Made by a program: the position numbers and the translations under genes
Notes under the pieces: model-generated
The model's input: only the letters and a program-made list of their open reading frames with translations
The model's database searches: none
What the model was told of the DNA's origin: nothing
Shown here: piece after piece, positions 9,406 through 19,101 of the stretch
Numbering within the stretch: the first letter of the stretch is position 1
How the letters are laid out: the number at the start of each line of letters is the position of its first letter
Assembly (NCBI GenBank): GCA_033763695.1
Contig: JANRKB010000031.1
Coordinates: 81 to 64,080 of the forward strand
DNA length: 64,000 nt
From: Planctomycetota bacterium
GTDB lineage: Bacteria; Planctomycetota; Phycisphaerae; Phycisphaerales; UBA1924
Reading direction: 5' to 3'

Positions 9406-12400
9406 ATGGCCGGCCAGGATTTCTGGAGCGACCCGAGCAGCGACAAGCCCGCCCCGAAGAATGAGCTGGAGGCGAGCAAGCCTGCCGCCCCGCTCACCGA
9501 TGCGCCGGGCGGCTTCTGGCAAAACGCCAGCGAGCAGGCGATCACGCAGAAGGAGCAGGCCAGGAAAGAGCAGGCAGGCCGCGGCGGCGCTGCGGGCGGC
9601 GGCAAGCCGGGCGGGCCGCGGCGATTGCTGAAGCGGGCGATCATTGTGACTGCGGGCGCGCTCGTCGGGTTGATTCTGCTTGCGCTGGTGTTTGCGCCCA
9701 GTGTTGCCGCGGTCTATGCGCGGAACACGGTGATCGGATTCAGCGGCAGCAAGGCGGGGCGCTTGCTTGTGCAGGGCGCGGATCTGAGCTGGTCTGGGCC
9801 GCAGTCGATCGGCCCTGTGCTCCTGGTCGATGACCAGAACGCCGAGATCGCCAAGGTGAATCTGAGTGCGCAGACCAGCCTGCTGGATCTGGCGATGGGC
9901 GGACGGAATCTGGGCACGATCACCATCAGCGGCAACATCAAGCTGGTGAAGGAGAAGGACGGCGTGCTCAACGTGGTGCGCGCGACGACGCAGCGGGTGG
10001 TGCCTGCCGCGCCGGGGACTTCGGGGGGTGCATCGGGACAGACATCGGGCGCGAATGCCGCACCGATTCAGTTGCCGCCGGACTTGGCGGCGAAGTTGAT
10101 CGTGAAGGATCTGAAGGTCAGCTACGAAGATCTGACGCCGGGCGGCCAGAGCATCGAGGTGCGCGATCTCAATCTGACGACGGAACTCAAAAGCGGCAAA
10201 CCGATCACGCTTGCGCTTGCCGCCGACTTGCTGGCGGGTTCGATGGTCCCCGGCAAGATCGACGTCAAGGCGTCGATTGATGGCTGGAGCAACGCGCGCG
10301 GCGTGGTTGCCGACTTTGCCACGCCCGCGGGGCTGAACGCGCTGCAGGTCGACGCGAACGTCAATCTGAGCGAACTGCCGATGTCGCTGATTGATGCGCT
10401 CGCCCAGCAGGACGGTCGCCTGGTCAAGGCGGTGGGTGATCGGCTGTCGATCGCGCTGGCCGCCAAGGGCTCGCTGAAGGACGCGACGGCATCGCTCAGG
10501 ACGAGTGCGGCGAACGTGATCGCCGGTGGCGAACTTGCGGCCCGCGATGGTGTCATCACGGTGACGCGCCCGATTGAGGTTGGGCTCAAGCGGGCGGCAC
10601 TCTCGGCGCTGGCGAATCAGCCGCCCGAAGCCGCGGCACGCATCCGCGAGTTTCCGGATGTGACGCTGGCGATCCCGTCGCTGAGCGTGAAGATCCCGGC
10701 GCAGGGTGCGCTTGATCTGCGCGGCACGTCGCTGAAGGCTGCGTTGATCACGACGCGCGTCGCGGGTGATGTCGAGATCGCGGGCAAGCCAAAGAAGTTC
10801 GAGGTGCGCCCGCTGACGCTCGCGATCGATGTTGCGGATCTTGCGAACGGCGCGACGATCAAGGGCGGCACGAGTGCGTCGATCGAAGGTCAGCCCGCGG
10901 GCGATCTTGTGGTTGATATCAATGCGCAGGGCTTGCTTGATGAGAAGGGCGCGCCGCGTTCGGGCGTTCCTGCCGCGCTGCGTGCAGAGCTTTCGCTCGC
11001 TAACGTGCAGACCGCGATCGCGCAGGCATTCGTGCCTGTGGACACCATCAATCTGGCGCAGGATGTCGGTCCGACCCTCGATCTGCGTGTGAAGGCCAAC
11101 GCGCTCGCGGGTGCGGCAGCGATGCCTGATGCGAAGGTTGAGTTCTCAGTCGCGAGCACGCACGTGCGTGGTGGCGGCGCGCTTGCGTTCGCCGAGAACA
11201 GGCTGCGCAACCAATCGCCGATCACGCTCACGATTGATTCGGCGTCTTCCATCGCGGCACGATTCATGAAGGATGCGGGCGGCTGGAGCGTCGCGCCCGG
11301 CGGCGGCGTGATCAATGTCGCTGTCGATGGCATCGACGTTGCGTTCAAGTCCGGCGCGGCGGACATGCAGCCCGATGCGCGGGCGGCCAAGGCGCGTGCG
11401 GTGGTGTCGCTTGCGAAGTTTGATGTGATGTCGCCCGCGGGTCGGCCGCTGAACCTGACTGATCTTGCGTTCAACGCCACGCTCGCGGGCGACGGCGGAG
11501 CTAAGCTGGACATCAATGGCTCGGTCCTGTTTGATCGTCAGACGGCGAGCATTCAGGGTGGGTTCGATTGTGCCGACTTGATCGGGCCGATTGACGGCGT
11601 TGGTGGCGTGGTGCAGGCCGCGAGCGCAAAGCCCAAAGGCTCGCTCGTGATCAAGGGTGTGCCCGCGACGCTGGCGGGTGCGGCGACAAAGCCCGCTGCC
11701 CGCGGCGAAGCGCCGGGCGCGGATGTCGGCGCGCTCGTGCAGGGATTGGTCGGTTCGAGCATCGACGTGACGCTCAAGGCGGCGGCGGCGACGCCGATCG
11801 CGGGCAAGCCCGCGTACGCGCTGGATGCGTTGGTTGCTGCCGAGCGTCTGAATGTCGCGGCGTCTGCCGTGGTCGCACCCGAGGCGCGCATCGACGTGCA
11901 GCCGCTGAAAGCGACACTGACGCTGGAACCCAAGACTGCGCTCGATGTGCTTGGGGCGCTGGGGATGGACACGACTTCGCTGCCGCGTTTGGAGCAGCGG
12001 GCCACGCTGCGGGTGGATTCGCAGGCGACATCGATTCCTCTTGTGGCGGGCAAGCCCGACTTTGACAAGGCCGGCGCGATCGCCGTCGATGTGACGCTGC
12101 CGGGCGAGCTGCTGGTGCGCGGCCTCACCATGCCCGATGGCACCGACAGCACGGGACGCACGATCAAGCGCGACCTCGGCCCGCTGGGCGTGCAGGATCT
12201 CAAGTTGACGCTCCGCGCGCCGGGTGCGGCGCTGGGCGCAAGCGGAGGCGAGGCGAATGTGGCATTCTCCGCGCTCGCGCTTGCCGGGCCGCGTTCGTCC
12301 ATCGCCACGCTGAGCGCTGGCGCGAAGCTGCCGCTCAAGAGTGGCAAGCCCGCGGGCGATGGCATGGCGACGGCGAAGATCAAGGAGCTCTCGCTCGCCG

Positions 12401-13956
12401 GGGTGGATCGCATCTTGAACAAGCCCGGGTTTGCGTCTGGTGCGCTGGGTGATCGTCTGGATGTGGACGTGGCGTATCCGATTGTGGTCCCGGCTGCTGC
12501 GGCAAGTACTGGCACGCCGGCCAAGCAGGCCGCGGCGCCGCAGATCGCGGAAGTGACGCTCAGCGCGCCGCGCTTGCGCATGAGCCGCTCGCTGCGTGCC
12601 GCGGTTTCGAGCGAGTCGATCAAGGTGCTGGAGCCGGTGAGCATCACGTGGAACGGCGATGGTGCGTGGCTCTCGCAGTTCATGGGCGAGGGCGGCACGC
12701 GGATCACGCGTCCGGTCGACGCGCGACTCACCATCAATGAACTGGTGCTGGGTCAGCCCGGCGTGCTGCGCCCGGGCACGTTTGCGGCGGATCTGGGCGT
12801 CGCGGTGCCGAGCGTTGAACTTGTTGATGCCAAGGGCCAGCGTGTCGCGCTGAGCAACATCACGATCAAGGCGAGTCGCGAGCTCGCCGCGGCAATGGCG
12901 CCGAACGACCCGACGGCGATCGGCATTGATCTTGCCATCGCGAGCGCTCAGGTGGACCAGACGCCGCCGGTGCGCGACATCGGCATCAAGGCGCTGGCGG
13001 CGCGGCTCGCCACGCCCGAAGGCCAGTTCGACAAGAACCGGGCCCAGTTCAGCGTCAACGGCCAGATTCCGACGCTGCCCACGGCGCTGGTGGACACACT
13101 CGCCAACCAGAACGGCCTCTTGGTGGAAGCGCTCGGCCCCGTGATCGAGTGCACGCTCAAGGCCGACAAGGTGTCGCTCGCCCCAGCTGAGCCGGGCGCG
13201 GCGGCGCGCGAAGCGGGCACGTTTGAGGCCGCGATGAAGAGCCAGCGTGCCAGCGCGAGTCTGAAGGGCACGGTCAGCGGCGGCGCGTTTACCACGACGC
13301 AGCCGCTGCAGGTGTCGGTGGCGGAGGTGACGAAGGAACTGGGCAACCGGTTCGTCAAGGGCGTGCCGTTCGTCGGCGAACTGAGCAAGAGCAACGAGAT
13401 GCAGCCCGCATCGGTGGTCTCGCCGACGCTCGCGGTGCCGATCGACGGCAACATGCAGCGATTGAATGGTGATGTGACGATCGATCCGGGTGAACTGCTC
13501 TTCAAGCCCAGCAAGGACTTTGCCGCGCTGCTCAAGACTCTGAACCAGAACGCGGGTGGCGGGCTGCTGGGCCAGCGCTTGCAGCCGCTGGTGCTCAACA
13601 TCAAGAACGGCGTCATCACGTATCAGAAGTGGACGCTGCCGCTGGGGCAGTTCAACATCCAGACCGAGGGCGTGGTCGACCTGGTGCAGCAGCGCGTGGA
13701 CGTGATCACGTGGATTCCGCTCGGCGCGCTCTCGGAGAAGTCGGCGGCTCTCTTCGGCGGTGCGGCCGCTTTGGGCGGGCTGGATGCGTCGGTTGCGCTT
13801 CCGTTTCGTACGCGGGGCGCGCTGAGCGGGCCGCAGACGGGGGCTGATACTGAGCTCTTCGCCAAGCAACTGCTCAACAACAAGAACATCGAGAAGTCGA
13901 TCCAGAAGGGGCTTGAGGAGCTCTTCAAGAAGAAGGATCCGCCCGCCCCCAAATGA
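9406..13956 (+). CDS. AsmA/TamB-family giant membrane-anchored protein (1516 aa)
   Basis: ATG preceded by AAGGAAG. One N-terminal TM helix, then an AsmA-like N-domain (GADLSWSGPQSIGPVLLVDDQN), a long beta-rich repetitive body, and a TamB/DUF490-like C-terminus. The antisense 1024-aa ORF is rejected. Confidence 0.6.
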   Translation: MAGQDFWSDPSSDKPAPKNELEASKPAAPLTDAPGGFWQNASEQAITQKEQARKEQAGRGGAAGGGKPGGPRRLLKRAIIVTAGALVGLILLALVFAPSVAAVYARNTVIGFSGSKAGRLLVQGADLSWSGPQSIGPVLLVDDQNAEIAKVNLSAQTSLLDLAMGGRNLGTITISGNIKLVKEKDGVLNVVRATTQRVVPAAPGTSGGASGQTSGANAAPIQLPPDLAAKLIVKDLKVSYEDLTPGGQSIEVRDLNLTTELKSGKPITLALAADLLAGSMVPGKIDVKASIDGWSNARGVVADFATPAGLNALQVDANVNLSELPMSLIDALAQQDGRLVKAVGDRLSIALAAKGSLKDATASLRTSAANVIAGGELAARDGVITVTRPIEVGLKRAALSALANQPPEAAARIREFPDVTLAIPSLSVKIPAQGALDLRGTSLKAALITTRVAGDVEIAGKPKKFEVRPLTLAIDVADLANGATIKGGTSASIEGQPAGDLVVDINAQGLLDEKGAPRSGVPAALRAELSLANVQTAIAQAFVPVDTINLAQDVGPTLDLRVKANALAGAAAMPDAKVEFSVASTHVRGGGALAFAENRLRNQSPITLTIDSASSIAARFMKDAGGWSVAPGGGVINVAVDGIDVAFKSGAADMQPDARAAKARAVVSLAKFDVMSPAGRPLNLTDLAFNATLAGDGGAKLDINGSVLFDRQTASIQGGFDCADLIGPIDGVGGVVQAASAKPKGSLVIKGVPATLAGAATKPAARGEAPGADVGALVQGLVGSSIDVTLKAAAATPIAGKPAYALDALVAAERLNVAASAVVAPEARIDVQPLKATLTLEPKTALDVLGALGMDTTSLPRLEQRATLRVDSQATSIPLVAGKPDFDKAGAIAVDVTLPGELLVRGLTMPDGTDSTGRTIKRDLGPLGVQDLKLTLRAPGAALGASGGEANVAFSALALAGPRSSIATLSAGAKLPLKSGKPAGDGMATAKIKELSLAGVDRILNKPGFASGALGDRLDVDVAYPIVVPAAAASTGTPAKQAAAPQIAEVTLSAPRLRMSRSLRAAVSSESIKVLEPVSITWNGDGAWLSQFMGEGGTRITRPVDARLTINELVLGQPGVLRPGTFAADLGVAVPSVELVDAKGQRVALSNITIKASRELAAAMAPNDPTAIGIDLAIASAQVDQTPPVRDIGIKALAARLATPEGQFDKNRAQFSVNGQIPTLPTALVDTLANQNGLLVEALGPVIECTLKADKVSLAPAEPGAAAREAGTFEAAMKSQRASASLKGTVSGGAFTTTQPLQVSVAEVTKELGNRFVKGVPFVGELSKSNEMQPASVVSPTLAVPIDGNMQRLNGDVTIDPGELLFKPSKDFAALLKTLNQNAGGGLLGQRLQPLVLNIKNGVITYQKWTLPLGQFNIQTEGVVDLVQQRVDVITWIPLGALSEKSAALFGGAAALGGLDASVALPFRTRGALSGPQTGADTELFAKQLLNNKNIEKSIQKGLEELFKKKDPPAPK

Positions 13957-14003
13957 CGGGTTGTCTCGGAGCGCTGCGACGAGCGGCGCGGCTATCTTCT
14001 CGC

Positions 14004-14513
14004 ATGCCGTCGCTCTTTCATGTCGTCCTGCACGAGCCGGAGATCCCCAACAACACGGGCAACATCGGGCGCACGTGTGTGGCGACCGGCTGCGGGCTGC
14101 ACCTGATTCGCCCGCTGGGTTTTGATGTGTCGGAGAAGGCGTGTCGGCGCGCGGGGCTGGATTACTGGCCGCGGCTGGGCGTGCGCGAGTACGACGGGCT
14201 TGATGCGTTCTTTGCCGCACATCCGGGCGTGCGGCCGCGGACGTGGATTCTCTCGACCAAGGCGACGCGCTGCGTCTTTGACGCCGACTTTCAGCCCGGC
14301 GATGTGATGCTCTTTGGCAAGGAGACCCGCGGTCTGCCGGACCATGTGCTTGAGCAGTTCAGTGCGACGGCGCTGCGCATGCCGATGATCGCGGGGGAGC
14401 GTTCGCTCAACTTGGCGACCGCGGTGTGTGCCGTGGTGTATGAAGGTGTGCGTCAGGCGATCGCGCGTGGGCAGGTGCGGCTTGCCGATGGGAAGCTTGT
14501 GTTGCCGGCGTGA
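14004..14513 (+). CDS. trmL: tRNA (cytidine(34)/5-carboxymethylaminomethyluridine(34)-2'-O)-methyltransferase TrmL (SpoU family)
   Basis: Near-colinear with E. coli TrmL: VLHEPEIPNNTGNIGRTC, GFDVSEKACRRAGLDYW, LFGKETRGLP. Confidence 0.85.
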   Translation: MPSLFHVVLHEPEIPNNTGNIGRTCVATGCGLHLIRPLGFDVSEKACRRAGLDYWPRLGVREYDGLDAFFAAHPGVRPRTWILSTKATRCVFDADFQPGDVMLFGKETRGLPDHVLEQFSATALRMPMIAGERSLNLATAVCAVVYEGVRQAIARGQVRLADGKLVLPA

Positions 14514-14545
14514 CGGTGGGACGACGCGCGATGCGTGACGCGAAA

Positions 14546-15196
14546 TCAGGCGCGGGTGGGCATGATCTCTTCGGAGACGGCGATGAACGCCTCGAACATG
14601 GTGCGTCCGCCGTGGATCATCGCTTCGACTTCCTCGGCCGAGAAGGGTGTGGTGTTCATCGCGTTCTTGAAGAACATCCACTTGTTGAACTGCTCGTCGC
14701 CGTTGGGGTCGAACATCGATGTGCCGGGGCCGGGGAGCAGATTGAGGGCACGCTGCACGGACGGTGCGACGTAGCGTGCGCCGTTCTTGGAGCCTTCGAC
14801 AACGTAGAGGAAGCCGAGCGTTGAGCGGGGCACGCGGGCCGCGGCCAGGTGCATCTCGTCGACGCAGCGGCGCACAGCGCGTCCGGCCATCGCTCCGCCG
14901 TCGCTGCCCAGGAAGGTGAGGTCTTGCAAGATGCGCGGCGAGAGGAACTGCTCTTCGCGAATGATGAGCGATGCGGCCCGATCACGATCGCGCAGCGTGC
15001 GCAGGAGCCGTTCCATCGGCTGATGAATAAGGAGCAACTGACGGATGTAGCCGACGTACTGCTCGCGGCTGATCTGCCCCGCGACCAGCACGCGCTGCAA
15101 TGGATGCTGCTGACCACGACGAAGAATTTCGTCGGTCTGAGCCTTCAGGCGGTCCATGACGGACGCGTCCGCGGCAACGGGAGGCTGTTGATGCAT
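14546..15196 (-). CDS. heme-oxygenase-like fold protein (HO/HemO-like)
   Basis: All-helical 216 aa. Pattern DRLKAQTDEILRRGQQHP..., LGFLYVVEGSKNGARYVA (cf. HO LVAHHYVRYLGDLSGGQ), and a C-terminal F..F..Y helix. Assignment is tentative. Confidence 0.4.
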   Translation of the reverse strand: MHQQPPVAADASVMDRLKAQTDEILRRGQQHPLQRVLVAGQISREQYVGYIRQLLLIHQPMERLLRTLRDRDRAASLIIREEQFLSPRILQDLTFLGSDGGAMAGRAVRRCVDEMHLAAARVPRSTLGFLYVVEGSKNGARYVAPSVQRALNLLPGPGTSMFDPNGDEQFNKWMFFKNAMNTTPFSAEEVEAMIHGGRTMFEAFIAVSEEIMPTRA

Positions 15197-15336
15197 CACG
15201 AACCCGAACCCCTTGGATAGAAATCCAACCCTTCCCCATATCCCAAGCCGAACGCGCTCCCCAGGGAAGCCATAGTAGGGGTTTCCCCGACTTCGCGTGG
15301 ATGGTGGGTTGTGCCGGGTCGGCGTGCGCGTTCGCG

Positions 15337-16233
15337 TCAGCGTGGCGAGGGAGCGAACAGGCGGTGCATCGCGATGGCGCCGGCGACTGCGACATTGAGC
15401 GAGTCCACGCCGGGGGACATGGCGATGCGGACGCGCAGGTCCGCGGCAGCGCAGGCCGCATCGCTCAGGCCGCGTCCTTCGGTGCCCAGCAGAAGTGCGA
15501 GCCGCTTGGCGTGCGTGCCTCGCAGCTGTGCTGCCGCGGTGTCGAGGTCGACCGATCCCGCGCCGGGCGTGAGCGCGACGACGACAAAGCCAAGGTCGCG
15601 CAGCCGCTGGAGATCGCCCGGCCATTCAGTTGCGGCCGTGTATGGCACGCGGAGCGCGTGGCCCATGGAGACGCGCAGCGACTTGCGATAGAGCGGATCG
15701 CAGCAGCCGGGGCTGAGCACGACCGCGCTGCCCGTTGGCAAGAGTGCGGCCGCACTGCGAAAGAGCGAGCCCACGTTGTCATGGTTGCTCAGGTCTTCGA
15801 GCACGAGCAATCCTGGTGCGCTCGCGACAAGGTCGGTCAGCGCGGGCGGCGGCGTGCGCCGTCCCACGGCGAGCACGCCGCGATGCATGTGCATGCCCAC
15901 GATGCCGTCCATCACATCCTGGGACGCGAGATAGATCGGCGTGTGCGTTTTCAGCGCAGCGAGGCGGTCTTGCATCGCGGCCAGGCGTGTCGGCGTGAGG
16001 AGGATCGAGTCGATCGGGCGTCCTGAATCGATGAGCAGTTCGACAACGAGTTCGCCCTCGGCCATGAACATGCCGAGCTGGGCGTGGCGCAACTGCGCGT
16101 CGCGCAGGTTTGCGTACGGCGCGAGTCGTGGGTCATCGAGTCGGTCGACAGGTTCAATGCGCAAGCCGAGCACCGGATCGATTGCATCGCTGTCGCGGGC
16201 GTCTGGATTGTCGGCACTCGGCTCTCTGGGCAT
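15337..16233 (-). CDS. SpoU/TrmH-family RNA 2'-O-methyltransferase
   Basis: SpoU motifs LVLEDLSNHDNVGSLFRSAAA, LLLGTEGRGLS, IAMSPGVDSLNVAVAGAIAMH. Confidence 0.8.
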   Translation of the reverse strand: MPREPSADNPDARDSDAIDPVLGLRIEPVDRLDDPRLAPYANLRDAQLRHAQLGMFMAEGELVVELLIDSGRPIDSILLTPTRLAAMQDRLAALKTHTPIYLASQDVMDGIVGMHMHRGVLAVGRRTPPPALTDLVASAPGLLVLEDLSNHDNVGSLFRSAAALLPTGSAVVLSPGCCDPLYRKSLRVSMGHALRVPYTAATEWPGDLQRLRDLGFVVVALTPGAGSVDLDTAAAQLRGTHAKRLALLLGTEGRGLSDAACAAADLRVRIAMSPGVDSLNVAVAGAIAMHRLFAPSPR

Positions 16234-16689
16234 TCGACATCATCGCTCCAGCCGCGGACTCGGCGGAGCATTGTTGGCGATGCGGCGTGAGGCGGGATGG
16301 CGTGTGATGAAGTCCCGGACGGGGCGGTTCGCGTTGTCGTGTGGTCCGCGTGGTTCCACCTTGGCCAGATCACGCGTCTGGCCGCGGCTTCCGCGCCCAC
16401 GAGGCAACGCGACAGACGCGAACGCGCCCGTCCGGGCAGATTCGTGCGACGGCGATCCGTCCGGCGCGTCCAACGCGCGACCCGCAGGAGCGAAACTCCG
16501 TATGCGCACGAACTCAAAGTGGCTGGTGAACTGCAGTGATCCCAGGTCCCTTGGCGGCGATCATCGCAGTTTGATCGCACAGAAACAGTACCACATCTGT
16601 CAAGCAGGTTGCGTCAACGTGGCGTTTCCGACGCGCGAAGACTCGCACAAGCTCAAAGAGCCGCGTGGCGCTGTGGATAAGCCGCGGCA

Positions 16690-16730
16690 CCCAACGAAAA
16701 ACCGTGACCCTTGCGAGGTCACGGTTCGGT
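16690..16730 (-). terminator. rho-independent terminator downstream of the nitroreductase gene
   Basis: A 10-bp perfect stem AACCGTGACC/GGTCACGGTT with a 7-nt loop, followed on the minus strand by TTTTCGTTGGG. Confidence 0.5.
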
Positions 16731-16770
16731 GGTCTGCATCGGATTCGTCCGCGCCGGGCGCGGCAGTGGC

Positions 16771-17412
16771 TCAGACGTGCTTGACGACCAGATCGTGGTC
16801 AAAGCGGACCTTGGCGAGGCCTGCGTAGGAGTCATCCGCGGCGCGATAGCCGGCGGTCGCGACCACGACGCTCGAGTAGCCCTGCGCGGGCAGGCCGAGG
16901 ATCTCGTCGTACTGGGCGGTGTTGATGCCTTCCATCGGGCAGGCGTCGATGTGGAGCGCTGCCGCGGAGGCGAGGAAGACGCCCAGCGCGATATAGGCCT
17001 GGCGTGCGGCCCACTCGGCCGCGGGGAAGCCCGGGGTGTTGATGGTGCCGAGCATCATGCCCTTGTAACCGTCGAGGGCCGCGGCCGGAACGCCGCGCTT
17101 CTTGGCGATGTCGTCGATGTAGCGCTGCACATCGTCGGCGGTCATGCTTGTGCGGCGGGCGAAGACGACGAGGTGCGAGGCATCGACGATTTGAGGCTGG
17201 TTCCAGCTCACGGGCTGGAGGCGCTTGCGCACGGCGGGGTCGTTGACGACCACGAAACGCCAGGGCTGAAGGCCGTAGCTCGACGGCGACAGGACGAGGG
17301 CCTGCTCGAGCGTCTTCCACGTCGCCGCGGCGATTTTGCGGGTCGGATCGAACTTCTTGGTGGCGTAGCGCCAGGAAAGACTCTGGATCAGATCGGATTC
17401 GCTGATGGCCAT
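16771..17412 (-). CDS. NAD(P)H nitroreductase family protein
   Basis: RYATKKFD, LQPWRFVVV, HIDACPMEGI. Start is the first ATG, with GGAG 9 nt upstream. Confidence 0.85.
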   Translation of the reverse strand: MAISESDLIQSLSWRYATKKFDPTRKIAAATWKTLEQALVLSPSSYGLQPWRFVVVNDPAVRKRLQPVSWNQPQIVDASHLVVFARRTSMTADDVQRYIDDIAKKRGVPAAALDGYKGMMLGTINTPGFPAAEWAARQAYIALGVFLASAAALHIDACPMEGINTAQYDEILGLPAQGYSSVVVATAGYRAADDSYAGLAKVRFDHDLVVKHV

Positions 17413-17617
17413 GTCGTGCAACTCCAGGAGAAGGGGACCGGTTTGATGGTCGGATGCCTGCGAAGGCCAGAGGTTACGCGTGCGATCGGGCCTGGAGATC
17501 GTGCTGCACCGAATGCGGACGATTGGGTCGTGAGGATGCGCGATTGCGCGGCCGCGCGGCTTTGACTGGCTCGGGTTCTAGAGTTCTCGCGCCATTCGCA
17601 TCCCCGAGGACCACCCC

Positions 17618-19066
17618 ATGACCTCCAGCGGCACCCCCGGAATCCCCGGAACCCCCATCGACATTCTCGTCCAGGGCGGCACCATCCACAGCGCCACCGC
17701 CAGTTTCGTCGGCGATGTCGCGATCCGCGGCGAGACGATCGTTGGCGTCGGCGCGCCGGGCGCGTTCGGCTCGGCCGCCGCCAAGGTCATCGACGCGCGC
17801 GGCATGGATGTGATTCCCGGCTGCATTGACGTGCATGTGCATCTCGCGCTGCCGTTCTGCGGCACGGTGTCGTGCGACGACTTCCACCATGGTTCGCGGG
17901 CCGCGGTCAACGGCGGCGTCACCACGGTGATCGACTTTGCGATTCCGGCGCGTGGGCAATCGCTCGCGGCGGCGCACGACGCGTGGATGGCCAAGGCCCA
18001 GGGCAAGTCGCTTGTGGACTTCACATGGCACATGGCCGTGACGAGCGACGCGCACCTGCGCGAAGTGCCCGACATGGTGAAGCGCGGCCTGCCGACGTTC
18101 AAGGAGTTTATGATCTATGAGAGCGAGGGCTGGAACAGCGACGACGCGCGGCTCTATGCCACGCTCGAGCTGATGCGGGCCAACAACGCGATGCTGCTGG
18201 TGCATGCCGAGAGCAGCCGCGTGCTTGATCTGCTGATCGCGCGGCATCACACGCCCGAGATGATGCGACGCCACGGCGCGAAACTGCATCCGATCACGCG
18301 CCCGAACTTCATCGAGGCCGAGGCGATCGAGCGTGCCGTGCGCTGGTGCGAGAAGACCGGTGGCCGCTTGTACGTCGTGCACATGTCGACCGGCGAAGGC
18401 GCGGACATCATCAAGGACGCGCAGTCGCGCGGCGTGCCGGTGCTCGCCGAGACGTGCGCGCAGTATCTGGTGCTCGATGACTCGGTGTTCAATCGCCCCG
18501 ACGGTCATCTCTTTGCCTGCTGCCCGCAGGTGAAGAAGCAGGAGGACATCGATCGGCTGTGGTCGGCGCTGCGCGACGGGCGCGAGGTGAGCATCGTCTC
18601 GACCGACACGTGTTCATTCACCCGCGAACAGAAGGCGATGTGGTGGGATCGCGAAGGCAAATTCGGCGACTGGACCAAGATCCCCATGGGCCTGCCGGGG
18701 CTCGACACGCTCATTCCGATCGTCTTCACGCGCGGCGTGCGCGGCGGGCAGATCACGATGAACCGCCTCGTCGAACTCTGCGCTCTCAACCCGGCGCGGG
18801 TGATGGGCTTTGACAAGAAGGGTGAGATCGCGCCGGGCATGGACGCTGACGTCGTCGTCATCGATCCGAAGCGAACGGTCGAGGTGAAGCCGCGCGTCAC
18901 GCTGCAGAGCATGTGTGATTGGTCGCCGTATGAAGGGATGAAGCTCGGCGGGTTTGCGCACACGACGATCGCGCGCGGCAACCTTGTGGTGCAGAATCAT
19001 CAGGTCACGAACGCATCGCCGCGGGGTCGATTTGTCGAGCGGCGTCTTGGTGAGTTCCGCCCGTGA
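17618..19066 (+). CDS. cyclic amidohydrolase, dihydropyrimidinase/D-hydantoinase family
   Basis: Metal-binding DVHVHL, carboxylated-Lys context FKEFM, VHAE, YVVHMST, and Asp in VSTDTCSF. Length is 482 aa. Confidence 0.8.
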   Translation: MTSSGTPGIPGTPIDILVQGGTIHSATASFVGDVAIRGETIVGVGAPGAFGSAAAKVIDARGMDVIPGCIDVHVHLALPFCGTVSCDDFHHGSRAAVNGGVTTVIDFAIPARGQSLAAAHDAWMAKAQGKSLVDFTWHMAVTSDAHLREVPDMVKRGLPTFKEFMIYESEGWNSDDARLYATLELMRANNAMLLVHAESSRVLDLLIARHHTPEMMRRHGAKLHPITRPNFIEAEAIERAVRWCEKTGGRLYVVHMSTGEGADIIKDAQSRGVPVLAETCAQYLVLDDSVFNRPDGHLFACCPQVKKQEDIDRLWSALRDGREVSIVSTDTCSFTREQKAMWWDREGKFGDWTKIPMGLPGLDTLIPIVFTRGVRGGQITMNRLVELCALNPARVMGFDKKGEIAPGMDADVVVIDPKRTVEVKPRVTLQSMCDWSPYEGMKLGGFAHTTIARGNLVVQNHQVTNASPRGRFVERRLGEFRP

Positions 19067-19101
19067 TTGCCGGCGCGTGAGCGTGGGCCGGAGGAGATGA
19101 C

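Noticed and set aside
11146-14220. 1024-aa minus-strand ORF
   Set aside because: It is antisense to the AsmA-like gene and trmL, with R/H/Q-rich composition and no motifs.
15941-16828. 295-aa plus-strand ORF spanning the 16.2-16.8 kb gap
   Set aside because: It is Ser/Arg-rich, overlaps the methyltransferase gene on the opposite strand, and has no RBS or motifs.
17618-19066. Possible loss of the active-site His in the hydantoinase (STDTC instead of SDHC)
   Set aside because: All metal ligands (HxH, carbamylated Lys context, two His, Asp) are present, and the changed residue is not a ligand.
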